Part shown: positions 44,576 through 51,949 of the stretch, piece by piece
Layout of the letters: each line of letters opens with the position of its first letter
How positions within the stretch are numbered: the stretch's first letter is position 1
Translations under genes and position numbers: made by a program
Notes under the pieces: model-generated
The model's database searches: none
What the model saw: only the letters and a program-made list of their open reading frames with translations
Told to the model about the DNA's origin: nothing
IMG/VR virus record: IMGVR_UViG_3300002835_000148
Strand: one strand, 5' to 3'
Origin: a virus
Length of the DNA stretch: 64,000 bases

Positions 44576-47272
44576 TTAAAAATAACTCTCTAACTTCTTC
44601 ATTTTGAATGATAAATTATCTCCGAACCCGCACTCGGCGTCCAGCGGTATGTTGGGCAGCCACTCTGGAGGTCTACGAAGCTCCTCTACAATAAACTTCA
44701 TAGCTTCTAGTGATTGCTCGGTCGGTACAATACCGTAGAGCGCGTCATGGATAGTCAGCCCGACAGGGTACTTCTTGTGTACTCTTACCATAGCCTCGCC
44801 CATCACGCACCTAGCCAATGCCTGAATGATATTCTGAAAGCATTTGGCGGCGTGTATATGCACTGGCCCTTTGCGCGTTTTGTACACCCATTGTAGCCTG
44901 TTCGAGCTATCCATAGAGGGTGTCAGGTCATTATAGGTCATATACAAATTGGAAGGTAGCCTGATGCCCCGCGCTCCGATAACTTTCAGCGATAGCGCTC
45001 CTAAACCAATGTCGTATTCTTCATTTTGTGCAATCGCGTACAGCGCGTTACCTGCATCATGCCAAGCTTTTTTGACCATATAGTAATCATCTCGGTAAAT
45101 TTCTACGACTTTTTTAGCAAATGTTTCTCCAATGTCCCTACCGGATAGCATCTTGATTTGCTCACGTAATTTCACATGGCCTGTGCCATAGATCAAACTT
45201 AACTGACAGTTATGTACAATTATTGGGCCGGAATCAGTCAAGATCGTAAATCTGTTCCTCGGCCCGGCGCAAAGCAAGTCGTAAACGGGCAATCTCCGCC
45301 TCAAGCTCACTGATTTGGCGCTTGTTTCTGGTATTCTCCGCTCTGGAGATAAACCTAATGTTGCCCGGTTCGTAATTACCATTATTGTCGATGCGATCCA
45401 TGTCAAACTCTGGAACATCCCAACCATCAAGTGTTTGCGCGTGCGCGAGAAACTGCGCTTTATCCATGCGCCATAGTGCGTACACCGTGATGCCTCGGCC
45501 CCCATAGTTTTTATAGTTGCCGTCTTTGGTGTTATGGCAGCGGTTAATTGCTGCGGCGATTCGGTTAAGCAACCTACGCCGATGCTGGTCATTAGGCATG
45601 GCTTTGGTGTAAGCCCAGAACCTTTTAGTCCGACCTGCTGTAAGCCCGCATTGATGGCATCTAGTGCTTTTGAAGTCTTTGAAATTATGCTTATCCACAG
45701 TGTATTCAGGGAGGCCGCAGTCGCATTGGACAATAAGCGCGGCAACTCCCCCTCGCGGGCCTTGAATGTAGCCTGTAACGGTAAGTTTGCCGCTCCTATA
45801 CCCAATGCTTGGGAGAGGATGGACGCATCTGAAACCACTGATTGACTTTCCAACCACTGAGTCCCTGACCACACTAGATGATCCGGTGTTAACCAACTCC
45901 CGCAAAGACTCAATGTTTCTTTGTAACCTTTCGACACTAATCCTTGGTGGCATACCCACTCCTCCCCATCCCATACTTTGTCTGACAAAGAAACCGCTTC
46001 AATCGGCTTCCATCCTGAGTAGCATAATACTAGAGTTCCCTCGGCAATACAAGTTTTTCCAACGAAGCGCTGCTCGTCTGTGACATCTGCATATCTTATG
46101 TTAAACGCTGATGCAGCAAAGTCTTTATACAGGTCAAGCCCATCGCCCAGCATCTCTAGCTTATCCATCTGCCCAGCAAAGTACAGGCCCACACGCAGCT
46201 CGATGTTAGACAAGTCAGCACCCACTATGCTATAGCCCAAAGGCGCGACGATAGCCTTCTTTAGCGGAGAAGTGCGAGGCAAATTCTGCAGATTGATTGA
46301 GTCCACTGCCGACCAGCGCCCTGTGATCGCGCCATAGTATTTTAGAGGTACAGGTAGCGAACCACTCTCTTCTGCTATGCGAATGAAGCGCTCTGTGCGG
46401 GTTTCTTCGAGTGTGCTCTTGACGCCTAGCCTAGCAGCAACTACAGCCTGTACACTGAAATTATCATGCTCCAGCAGTGCTTTGAACTCTGCATCACTCT
46501 TGGCAAAAGCGTAGGCAATCTTGCCCGTTCGCGGGCTTACTTTCACCGGAGGTGTAACACCAAAACTTTTAAGCACTTCCGCCAGCTTCGGGTTCGACAT
46601 CAAGTCTTCTTTAGCAATACCGCTCTCTATAAGCAGGATTGTTTTCCTACCACGCACATCCGTTAAGTGCTCGTGTAACAGTGCGGTGTCTAGTTGAAAT
46701 TGTGGCTTTGTGTGCATCTTGATCGTCATGTCGATCAACGCAATTTCCGACTTGATAAATGCTGGGGCTAGTCGCTTGAACAACTCATAGGTTAGCTCTA
46801 CGTCATTCTTGCAGTATTCCCCATACGCCTTTAACTCTAACTCTGCGAAATCTGCACGGCGTTTACCCATAGCAAGGACAACTTCTTCACCCTTTACCCC
46901 TAGCTCGTAGCGTTCAGCTAGCGCTTTGAGCGATCCACCTGCGTCAACACCATGTACGGCGCGGGCCATAGACAGAGTATCGAGTATCAGCTTAGGGTGA
47001 ATCCCGAACCGCCACGCTAGAATAGACGCATCAAACAGCGCATTGTGAGCCAGCATAAACGCATTGGCCCAGTCAAAACAACCAAGCCAGTCCCTAATTT
47101 CTTCATGCGTTCCGCTAAACCATGCTGCCGGTTCATCGTTCTTCTTTACTGCAACGCCGATAGTTTCATATCGTTCGTCATCTACGTAGCTCTGAGTCGT
47201 TACGTCTTTGCGTGATAAGCTGTACTCTTTGCTATAGTAGGTTTCTATATCCACCGTAAACATATTTAGCAT
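44576..47272 (-). CDS. Family A DNA polymerase with 3'-5' exonuclease domain, interrupted by an intein
   Basis: Exo motifs VDIET, HNALFD and YCKNDV. Pol motif A is DLSNIELRV. Motif B, RFVGKT|intein|CQLSLIYG, is split by the intein. Motif C is TIHDAL. Confidence 0.9.
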   Translation of the reverse strand: MLNMFTVDIETYYSKEYSLSRKDVTTQSYVDDERYETIGVAVKKNDEPAAWFSGTHEEIRDWLGCFDWANAFMLAHNALFDASILAWRFGIHPKLILDTLSMARAVHGVDAGGSLKALAERYELGVKGEEVVLAMGKRRADFAELELKAYGEYCKNDVELTYELFKRLAPAFIKSEIALIDMTIKMHTKPQFQLDTALLHEHLTDVRGRKTILLIESGIAKEDLMSNPKLAEVLKSFGVTPPVKVSPRTGKIAYAFAKSDAEFKALLEHDNFSVQAVVAARLGVKSTLEETRTERFIRIAEESGSLPVPLKYYGAITGRWSAVDSINLQNLPRTSPLKKAIVAPLGYSIVGADLSNIELRVGLYFAGQMDKLEMLGDGLDLYKDFAASAFNIRYADVTDEQRFVGKTCIAEGTLVLCYSGWKPIEAVSLSDKVWDGEEWVCHQGLVSKGYKETLSLCGSWLTPDHLVWSGTQWLESQSVVSDASILSQALGIGAANLPLQATFKAREGELPRLLSNATAASLNTLWISIISKTSKALDAINAGLQQVGLKGSGLTPKPCLMTSIGVGCLTESPQQLTAAITPKTATIKTMGAEASRCTHYGAWIKRSFSRTRKHLMVGMFQSLTWIASTIMVITNRATLGLSPERRIPETSAKSVSLRRRLPVYDLLCAGPRNRFTILTDSGPIIVHNCQLSLIYGTGHVKLREQIKMLSGRDIGETFAKKVVEIYRDDYYMVKKAWHDAGNALYAIAQNEEYDIGLGALSLKVIGARGIRLPSNLYMTYNDLTPSMDSSNRLQWVYKTRKGPVHIHAAKCFQNIIQALARCVMGEAMVRVHKKYPVGLTIHDALYGIVPTEQSLEAMKFIVEELRRPPEWLPNIPLDAECGFGDNLSFKMKKLESYF
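45209..46051 (-). mobile_element. Intein (281 codons) in DNA polymerase motif B
   Basis: Begins CIAEGTLVL. Block B is LTPDHLV. It ends VYDLLCAGPRNRFTILTDSGPIIVHN, followed by a +1 Cys. Confidence 0.85.
45234..45953 (-). CDS. Homing-endonuclease-like protein nested in the polymerase intein, in a different frame
   Basis: GGAGGAG lies 5 nt before ATG 45953; the ORF track opens at 45974. The protein has QCDCG...CHQCG and the core YKNYGGRGITV...MDRIDNNGNYEPGN. Confidence 0.75.
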   Translation of the reverse strand: MPPRISVERLQRNIESLRELVNTGSSSVVRDSVVGKSISGFRCVHPLPSIGYRSGKLTVTGYIQGPRGGVAALIVQCDCGLPEYTVDKHNFKDFKSTRCHQCGLTAGRTKRFWAYTKAMPNDQHRRRLLNRIAAAINRCHNTKDGNYKNYGGRGITVYALWRMDKAQFLAHAQTLDGWDVPEFDMDRIDNNGNYEPGNIRFISRAENTRNKRQISELEAEIARLRLALRRAEEQIYDLD

Positions 47273-47760
47273 ATGCCTTTCTCCTGCATAAACGCCCTAA
47301 CTATTGCTTCCTTTTCTGGGCTTAATCTGGCGCAATTAAAGCCTTCTTTGTCTTTGTGCCTTACTCGCCAAATGTAATGATGCGCGGTCATTGTCTTCAC
47401 ACCCATGAGGACGCCTAATTCCCATGCCATAGTTTTAGCATAGTTGCGATTTCGCGCCTGTGTTTGTCGTGTAGCCCAACAGCAATTATCAGGGCTGTAC
47501 CCTTTGTTTACATCAACTCTTTCTAGTGTGTGCTTGCTCGTAGGGCGTCGCCCCATATCCGATAAGAAATTTTCGTAGAGCAACCATTCAGCTATGACAG
47601 AGATTCCCCGCCCCCCGTAGTGCTTATAATCTACGGCTCTAGTGTTGAAACACCTATTTTTCATCATTTGCCATGAGCGATATTCTGGAGTAGCCACGCG
47701 CCGCCCATTTACGTAGCGCACTTCCCCGCACGCTTTTACAGCCATTACTTTATCAGGCAT
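47266..47760 (-). CDS. Free-standing homing-endonuclease-like protein, paralogue of the two nested ones
   Basis: YKHYGGRGISVIAEW...FLSDMG...LERVDVNKGYSPDNCCWAT shares its core with the ORFs at 41361 and 45234. It overlaps the polymerase start by 7 nt. Confidence 0.7.
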   Translation of the reverse strand: MPDKVMAVKACGEVRYVNGRRVATPEYRSWQMMKNRCFNTRAVDYKHYGGRGISVIAEWLLYENFLSDMGRRPTSKHTLERVDVNKGYSPDNCCWATRQTQARNRNYAKTMAWELGVLMGVKTMTAHHYIWRVRHKDKEGFNCARLSPEKEAIVRAFMQEKGIC

Positions 47761-48067
47761 CCTCCCTCCAATTTTTTAATAGCCTTTGCAGGTCTTCTTT
47801 CAGTGTGCCTAAGCCTGCTTCATTAACGACGAGAGCGCACCCACCAGCAGTGCTTATTCTTTTTAGCTCTCGCTCCTGCAACGCCGTGGTCTTCCCCTTT
47901 CCAGCTTTGCACTCTATTCCAAAAAAATACCCATTCAAACAACCGCATATATCAGGCACCCCACTTTTTCCATAGCCGCCCGTAACAGGGCTAAAATGAT
48001 ATGCTCCCAACTCATCCAAGATTTTCTTAACTACTGCTTTTACTTTAGCCTCTGGCGTAGTTGCCAT
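47753..48067 (-). CDS. VRR-NUC domain nuclease
   Basis: GVPDICGCL...FGIECKAGKGKTTALQ matches the D...ExK core recalled for VRR-NUC. Confidence 0.75.
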   Translation of the reverse strand: MATTPEAKVKAVVKKILDELGAYHFSPVTGGYGKSGVPDICGCLNGYFFGIECKAGKGKTTALQERELKRISTAGGCALVVNEAGLGTLKEDLQRLLKNWREDA

Positions 48068-48081
48068 TCACTCCTCCTTTG

Positions 48082-48312
48082 TTAACCATCACCGCTACCC
48101 TCGCCATCACCGTAGCCAGCACCACTGCCACTACCGTGGCTGAAACTACTACCTATGTCAGTGCCAAAGCCCTCTACCGCTTCAAAGTACCATTCAGGGC
48201 AATCGTTTACACCATCGCCAGCACCAGCGCCATTACCGATACCCCACCCGTGACCACGCCCTGAGTAGTGGCCTGAGTTATCTCCTTCGTTAGTGAGTTT
48301 ATAGGGTGGCAT
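48082..48312 (-). CDS. Gly-rich small protein G5 (76 aa)
   Basis: MPPYKLTNEGDNSGHYSGRGHGWGIGNG... Its ATG is embedded in the last codons of G4 and preceded by GGGAGGTGGGAAG. Confidence 0.55.
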   Translation of the reverse strand: MPPYKLTNEGDNSGHYSGRGHGWGIGNGAGAGDGVNDCPEWYFEAVEGFGTDIGSSFSHGSGSGAGYGDGEGSGDG

Positions 48313-48550
48313 CTTCCCACCTCCCGCTGTAACCGCCCTCACCATCGCCATAACCCGCACCGCCCCCCTCCCCCTCGCCACTGCCCTCGCCAGCGCAGCC
48401 TCCAATACCCCCATCCGCGCCGTCCCCACCGCCAGTGCTATCACCAGCGCCAGCATCATATCCGTAAGTAGATAGATCGCCCCAGCCCCTACCCTGCCCT
48501 GTGCCGAGGCATAAGTTATCTCCATTGTTAGTGAATCTATAGGTCAACAT
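48299..48550 (-). CDS. Gly-rich small protein G4 (83 aa)
   Basis: MLTYRFTNNGDNL...GYSGRWEDATL, with the same junction architecture as G5. Confidence 0.55.
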   Translation of the reverse strand: MLTYRFTNNGDNLCLGTGQGRGWGDLSTYGYDAGAGDSTGGGDGADGGIGGCAGEGSGEGEGGGAGYGDGEGGYSGRWEDATL

Positions 48551-48809
48551 CTTCCCACCTCCCGTTGTAGCCACCCTCACCTGCGCCTCCGCCGGAGCCA
48601 TCTCCATCACCATAGCCATCGGCATAGCTGTCTTCATTGACCTCACAATCACCATTCCCAAAACCGTCGCCAGAGCCACTATACCTGCCGTGACCTATTC
48701 TAACGTGGCTGAGAGTAGCAGCATTACCGGAGCCGTAACCCCATCCCCAACAGCGACCTGAGTCGTGGCCTGAGCTATCTCCTCCGTTAGTAAGTTTATA
48801 GGTCAACAT
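48537..48809 (-). CDS. Gly-rich small protein G3 (90 aa)
   Basis: MLTYKLTNGGDSSGH...GGYNGRWEDVDL. The start lies 14 nt inside G2. Confidence 0.55.
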   Translation of the reverse strand: MLTYKLTNGGDSSGHDSGRCWGWGYGSGNAATLSHVRIGHGRYSGSGDGFGNGDCEVNEDSYADGYGDGDGSGGGAGEGGYNGRWEDVDL

Positions 48810-48996
48810 CTTCCCACCTCCCAGTAGCGCTCCCTCTACCCTCGCCGGAACCACCGCCGAAGCCGTTGCCGTCGCCGTCGCCGTCGCCGTTGCCATAGCC
48901 GTTGCCGTAGCCGTATCCGCTGCCGTTGCCGTAGCCGTGGCCGTGGCCGTAGCCCCATTGGGAATCGTGGTCGTTACTCAGTATCTTAGGGGACAT
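48796..48996 (-). CDS. Gly/Tyr/His/Asp-rich small protein G2 (66 aa)
   Basis: MSPKILSNDHDSQWGYGHGHGYGNGSGYGYGNGYGNGDGDGDGNG...GRWEDVDL. Confidence 0.55.
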   Translation of the reverse strand: MSPKILSNDHDSQWGYGHGHGYGNGSGYGYGNGYGNGDGDGDGNGFGGGSGEGRGSATGRWEDVDL

Positions 48997-49022
48997 AGGG
49001 GTCAATGCCTTCGCTAGTGAGT

Positions 49023-49310
49023 TTATAGGGCATTGTCTTTCCAGCTCCCATCACGACCTCCTCTACCGTTGCCAGAACCCCAGCCGATGCCCACGCCAGT
49101 GCCCAAGCCGGAGCCTCCCACCGCACCGCCGCCGGAGCCTTCTACCCTGCCAGCATCTGTTATGACAGTCCCGTGTGATCGACCCATGCCGTCGCCGTAG
49201 CCGGAACCGGAAAGGCTAATAGCACCGTAGCCATAGCCATTACCGGAAGCAGTGCCGCGCCCCCTGCCATTAGTAGAGCCACAGTCGTTATTCAGTATCT
49301 TAGGGGACAT
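49023..49310 (-). CDS. Gly-rich small protein G1 (95 aa)
   Basis: MSPKILNNDCGSTNGRGRG...GSWKDNAL. ATG 49310 is preferred over the TTG at 49319. Confidence 0.55.
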   Translation of the reverse strand: MSPKILNNDCGSTNGRGRGTASGNGYGYGAISLSGSGYGDGMGRSHGTVITDAGRVEGSGGGAVGGSGLGTGVGIGWGSGNGRGGRDGSWKDNAL

Positions 49311-49593
49311 AGGGGTCAATGCCTACGACAAGTATCGTCTGGGCTGTGCCTGTGCAGGGAATCACTTCAATCACCCCCGTTAGGTAAATATCATCGACGG
49401 TAACAGACAGCTTGGACGAAGTAGCCAAACCATTCTTGCTGATCTCGCTGAGAGTGAACGCACCTTCCCATGACCAGATACGCCGCGCTTGTGTGAGTAC
49501 GCATATGTCCCTATCCAACTCCTCTACGATGCCGACATGAACGCCAGCGCTAACGGTACGAACTACTACGTATTTACCAATGTACTTTTTCAT
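49300..49593 (-). CDS. Hypothetical protein (97 aa)
   Basis: Ordinary composition (VVVRTVSAGVHVGIVEE...ARRIWSWEGAFTL). It lies immediately upstream of the Gly-rich array. Confidence 0.55.
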   Translation of the reverse strand: MKKYIGKYVVVRTVSAGVHVGIVEELDRDICVLTQARRIWSWEGAFTLSEISKNGLATSSKLSVTVDDIYLTGVIEVIPCTGTAQTILVVGIDPYVP

Positions 49594-49853
49594 TCTTCAA
49601 TCTCCACAGTCACAGTACGCTTTACCTTTACGATCTTGCCTGTGCTCAGTTCTCTGGTGTAATGACTGCCAGCCCATGTTACATCAGTGGGATGCTGCAA
49701 GAACTTAGCGCGGATTTTAGGTATGAACTTCACATTTTTTAAAGTGGGGTCTTTCCATCCGCAAGCCGTTTCCCGTCCATCAGCATAGGTCTCACCCCAT
49801 GCCAGTCCATCTTTCATAATCATCACGCCTTCTTCAGTGTGTTCGTATTTCAT
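49590..49853 (-). CDS. Hypothetical protein (87 aa)
   Basis: ATGA overlaps at both ends. Confidence 0.5.
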   Translation of the reverse strand: MKYEHTEEGVMIMKDGLAWGETYADGRETACGWKDPTLKNVKFIPKIRAKFLQHPTDVTWAGSHYTRELSTGKIVKVKRTVTVEIEE

Positions 49854-50164
49854 TCTTCATCTCCTATCCTGTAATGTTTCTCAGCAAAGCAAATCCCAGC
49901 CAAAAAACTAAGCAAGTGTACTCCGTCGTCTCTGTCCCGTAACTCAATGAACCCTTGCAGTCGCTCGTTGCTGGTCAGCGGCTTTCTTTTTGGATTGGAT
50001 ATTGTGTATAGGGGTATATTGTTTTCGCCAAGGAAAGCGCGGATTTCTTCGATTATTGGTGGGCTACGCCAAGGCTGCATACCGCAAAACTCGGCGCATA
50101 TTGTTTCGTCTTGGTCAATCAACTCAGCAAGCGCCCGCCTCAGCAGTTCAACCGGATTGCTCAT
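49850..50164 (-). CDS. Hypothetical protein (104 aa)
   Basis: ATG 50164 overlaps the upstream stop as ATGA and follows GGAGGA. The ORF track starts at 50179. Confidence 0.5.
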   Translation of the reverse strand: MSNPVELLRRALAELIDQDETICAEFCGMQPWRSPPIIEEIRAFLGENNIPLYTISNPKRKPLTSNERLQGFIELRDRDDGVHLLSFLAGICFAEKHYRIGDEE

Positions 50165-50352
50165 TCTTCTTCCTCCCATTCGATACGGACACAGGCTTTT
50201 GGTTTTTGTGTAGCAACTCTATCTCTCATTGCGTCAGCTTGTTCCTTTGTAGGCCAAATACCATTGTTCCCAGCTCCATAGTAATAGACATTCACCCACC
50301 CCTCTTTTTTCACACGCCCTTCTTTTTTCTCGGATTTGTGCTCAGTTCCCAT
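50161..50352 (-). CDS. Hypothetical protein (63 aa)
   Basis: Compact ORF in the operon. Confidence 0.45.
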   Translation of the reverse strand: MGTEHKSEKKEGRVKKEGWVNVYYYGAGNNGIWPTKEQADAMRDRVATQKPKACVRIEWEEEE

Positions 50353-50578
50353 TTTCTTCCTCCATCGCTTCCAGTGCAGCGTTAACGCGACTTTCGTAGT
50401 CGAACCAATCTTTATCTTCCTCTGCCGTGGCGGTATTCCATTCTTTTAGTAGACTGGCTAATTCCTCTACTAAGTCTGCGCGGATATATTTATTTCTACA
50501 CCTGAAGGCTACATATCCAGCGAGTAGTTTCCCGGTTTCAGCAACCTCGACCCAAATCTTCTTCGGTGCTTCGTTCAT
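50342..50578 (-). CDS. Hypothetical protein (78 aa)
   Basis: ATG 50578 (MNEAPKK) forms an ATTTCATGA junction with the upstream small ORF. An alternative start is at 50590. Confidence 0.45.
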   Translation of the reverse strand: MNEAPKKIWVEVAETGKLLAGYVAFRCRNKYIRADLVEELASLLKEWNTATAEEDKDWFDYESRVNAALEAMEEENGN

Positions 50579-50715
50579 GAAATCAACCATATAAATAAAT
50601 ATGCAGGGATGAATAGGATTGCAATCATAATAGTACTACCCACAGCTAACCCAACACTAAAAACAATACAATCAGCCAAGAAGCCTTTTAAGTCTTTCAT
50701 TATATGTTTGCTCAT
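50575..50715 (-). CDS. Small single-pass membrane protein (46 aa, below ORF-track cutoff)
   Basis: Hand translation: MSKHIMKDLKGFLADCIVFSVGLAVGSTIMIAILFIPAYLFIWLIS. Confidence 0.45.
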   Translation of the reverse strand: MSKHIMKDLKGFLADCIVFSVGLAVGSTIMIAILFIPAYLFIWLIS

Positions 50716-50825
50716 GAAATCACCCATACGAAGAATTTAACGACTACGTATGCTGCTCCTATAAAAGCGCCAGCTAACGCACCAAGGAATACAGCTCCTA
50801 GTAAAGACGTAATAGTGTCGTTCAT
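50712..50825 (-). CDS. Small single-pass membrane protein (37 aa, below ORF-track cutoff)
   Basis: Hand translation: MNDTITSLLGAVFLGALAGAFIGAAYVVVKFFVWVIS. It has the same W-x-IS end and ATTTCATGA junction as its neighbour. Confidence 0.45.
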   Translation of the reverse strand: MNDTITSLLGAVFLGALAGAFIGAAYVVVKFFVWVIS

Positions 50826-50835
50826 TTCATCTCCC

Positions 50836-51066
50836 TCAAGTTTCAAACGACGCAACTATGCCGGGTTCGTAGGTTACGGCTGAGTCTAGCTTAAACTCCT
50901 TGACTGAGCGCACAGATATGCGTAAGTCGAAGTATACTTCATGCCTCTTGAACCGCTCAGTCAGTATCTTTCCACATTGCTTGGGAGACTCGGCTATCAC
51001 TGCAACCATCCCGCCGTATTCAGAACGGGGGAATTTAACAGGCATATCGCAAATGTATATGTTCAT
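50836..51066 (-). CDS. Hypothetical protein (76 aa)
   Basis: Preceded by AACGAGAGAAACACAATG, almost the same initiation region as the MoxR-like gene. Confidence 0.5.
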   Translation of the reverse strand: MNIYICDMPVKFPRSEYGGMVAVIAESPKQCGKILTERFKRHEVYFDLRISVRSVKEFKLDSAVTYEPGIVASFET

Positions 51067-51232
51067 TGTGTTTCTCTCGTTAAAGTGCCAGCGCTAACGC
51101 GGCTGGCGAGCGATTGTCGGTCGGTACTTTCGCCTCTCGTTGCCACACAAAAATAAAAGCCCAACCGACGAATGGGTGCCGCCCCAGTGGTTCCAATACT
51201 CCCATTAAAAATAGGTAAGGGCGGCATTAAAC

Positions 51233-51868
51233 CTAAGCCATCAGTGCAGCCCAACTCACGGGGAATAACTGCTGAATAAACCCGCTAAACTCCTCAACCA
51301 CATCTCTCGTTTCCTTCTGTGCGTGTGAGTCTAGTCTTAGTTTGCACACCCGAGCGAAGAAAACCAGCGAGCCTGTCCATATCCATGTGGTTTCTGAGCA
51401 TATAGGGATGACCACACGCGCTTGTTCAGGACATACACCACTTTCAATCAAGTAGTCGTATGTAGCCAAACATTGATCCATTAGTTGATTTATATGCTCT
51501 TGATCTACGTTTACTAGCTCATCGCTTGAGCCTTGCTTCACATTCTCTGCGGCTCTGCGCCATTTGGTAGGCACATCTAACACAGGTGAGGTACTTACAT
51601 ACCGCCTGCTCACCTCATTAACAACCCCACCGACTTGATGTTTAGCCAACTGACGGGCTACATAGATAGGCATAGTCACCCTAAACTTTATGCTCGTGTG
51701 CGCGAACGGAGTCCAGTGTTTGTTCTTTGCGAGGTAGTGGATTAACTTCGCATCCTTTTCTGACAAAATAATTGCCGATTCGTACTCTGACTCTTTATCA
51801 AAGCTGACTCGCGCTGCGTTCACCACATCCAAATCGTCGCCCATGTAGTCTAGTAATTCAACGTGCAT
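51233..51868 (-). CDS. thyX: ThyX-like flavin-dependent thymidylate synthase family protein (divergent signature)
   Basis: VELLDYMGDDLDVVNAARVSF and HWTPFAHTSIKFRV...ARQLAKH...EVSRRYV follow the ThyX layout. The canonical RHR of the signature reads KHQ here. Confidence 0.6.
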   Translation of the reverse strand: MHVELLDYMGDDLDVVNAARVSFDKESEYESAIILSEKDAKLIHYLAKNKHWTPFAHTSIKFRVTMPIYVARQLAKHQVGGVVNEVSRRYVSTSPVLDVPTKWRRAAENVKQGSSDELVNVDQEHINQLMDQCLATYDYLIESGVCPEQARVVIPICSETTWIWTGSLVFFARVCKLRLDSHAQKETRDVVEEFSGFIQQLFPVSWAALMA

Positions 51869-51871
51869 AGT

Positions 51872-51949
51872 CTATTTTTCCATTAAGTAAAAGCTAAGAA
51901 TAAGCAGGGCGAACGCCCATAACACAGGATCATGTAGAACATTTACCAT
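51872..51949 (-). CDS. Possible 25-aa hydrophobic peptide
   Basis: Hand translation: MVNVLHDPVLWAFALLILSFYLMEK. It overlaps the upstream stop. Too short to judge. Confidence 0.25.
   Translation of the reverse strand: MVNVLHDPVLWAFALLILSFYLMEK

Noticed and set aside
48061-48896. Long N-terminal extensions of the Gly-rich ORFs (MATATATATA..., MALATVLGMV..., MEITYASAQ...) and a plus-strand 67-aa ORF.
   Set aside because: The extensions are the out-of-frame readings of the preceding Gly-rich gene. The conserved SD plus ATG at each junction defines shorter genes.
51120-51180. Possible terminator after the ThyX-like gene (T-rich run CTTTTATTTTTG on the minus strand).
   Set aside because: Only a 4-bp stem can be drawn immediately upstream of the T-run, so the call is too weak without folding software.
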